Part shown: positions 62,972 through 64,000 of the stretch, in pieces
Numbering within the stretch: the stretch's first letter is position 1
Layout: every line of letters starts with the position of its first letter
Origin: Eledone cirrhosa
Taxonomy: Eukaryota
NCBI GenBank assembly: GCA_964016885.1
Contig: OZ024744.1
Span: forward strand, 84,444,001 to 84,508,000
Direction: 5' to 3'
DNA length: 64,000 nucleotides
Position numbers and translations under genes: made by a program
Notes under the pieces: model-generated
What the model was told of the DNA's origin: nothing
The model's database searches: none
Seen by the model: only the letters and a program-made list of their open reading frames with translations

Positions 62972-64000
62972 ACACATACACTTAGACATACACATACATA
63001 CATATCCACATTTCCGATATAAACACACATAATACACATACATACACTATAAACCTACAACGCCCAATAACCACACATACACGTTTACACTGATCTACAC
63101 ACACACACACACACACATACATGCTATGACTGATACACACAAACCCACATGAACATACTCTAAACACCACATATACCATTAACACAAACACACACACAAA
63201 CACACACACACACGTCTAACTCACGCATATATACACACACACACATAACAATTCTTTCGACACTCGCTCATAGACAGGCGCACACCTCGAGTAGACGTGG
63301 TTCCCCTTACTCACCGTACTCACACACCTGCATTACTGATAGTCCAGGAAATTCTCTGCCATTACAACTATATGCACACCCTCATACAGAAAAACATACA
63401 TCCCTACTTTCCTTTGCACATCACTCCCTCCTGATGATCCCCTATTTTTTTCATAACCTCTTCTCTCTCCTAACTTCTCCTCCACTTTCATTTTGCAAAC
63501 CGAAATAACCCGGAATGCATACCCGACTCTGCAAGAACATCGCCTGAGCCGGGACAGGATGACCCGGATTCCACTGACTTTCGGTCAAATGCATTACACC
63601 TATAGGACAATATACCTCAATATATTGCACGTTTATTTCATACATCTGTATATACGTATGTGTATATATAGATATATTATATATATGTGTGTGTGTGTAG
63701 ATATATGTGTGTGTTTATATGTATGTGTATGGTTATATTGTTTATATATGTGCATGCTTATAACAAGATGCATCATTTCATGTATGACCCATTCTATGAC
63801 CCATTGTGTATCTTTATATGACTTTGTGTATATATCCTATTTGTGTATATATATATATATATATATATGTAGATAAATCTACCAAGAGTTTACGGTAGTG
63901 TCCAATCCGTATGAAGAACTCAATGTATTCCGGATATCATGGAAAGAAGAGATGTAATGAAAATCCACTTTCGGTGAAAGATAAACGGTATACAGAGTCA

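Overview
Eukaryotic, AT-rich, microsatellite-dense DNA with no host gene I can support. The SINE and LINE repertoire suggests a mollusc, probably an octopod cephalopod (inference). The window is a retroelement landscape. (1) One full-length but decayed Tx1/L1-clade LINE sits in (TTA)n at 6.4-12.3 kb. (2) A ~19 kb head-to-tail, single-orientation stack of at least five divergent Tx1-clade LINEs (34.4-53.8 kb) is joined mostly at (GATA)n tails. (3) R4/Dong-type RLE LINEs sit in (TAA)n, two with twin-priming-like inversions. (4) Penelope-like elements carry a GIY-YIG end, minimal hammerhead ribozymes and inverted termini. (5) There are also RTE and CRE fragments, a DD37D (maT) Tc1/mariner relic, and many copies of one tRNA-derived SINE, including an 11-copy tandem array. 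The most interesting signals are the apparent self-tail-targeting (GATA)n Tx1 array and the conserved splice-donor and RNA hairpin motifs shared by the divergent Tx1 families. Coordinates were read by eye and element edges are approximate.
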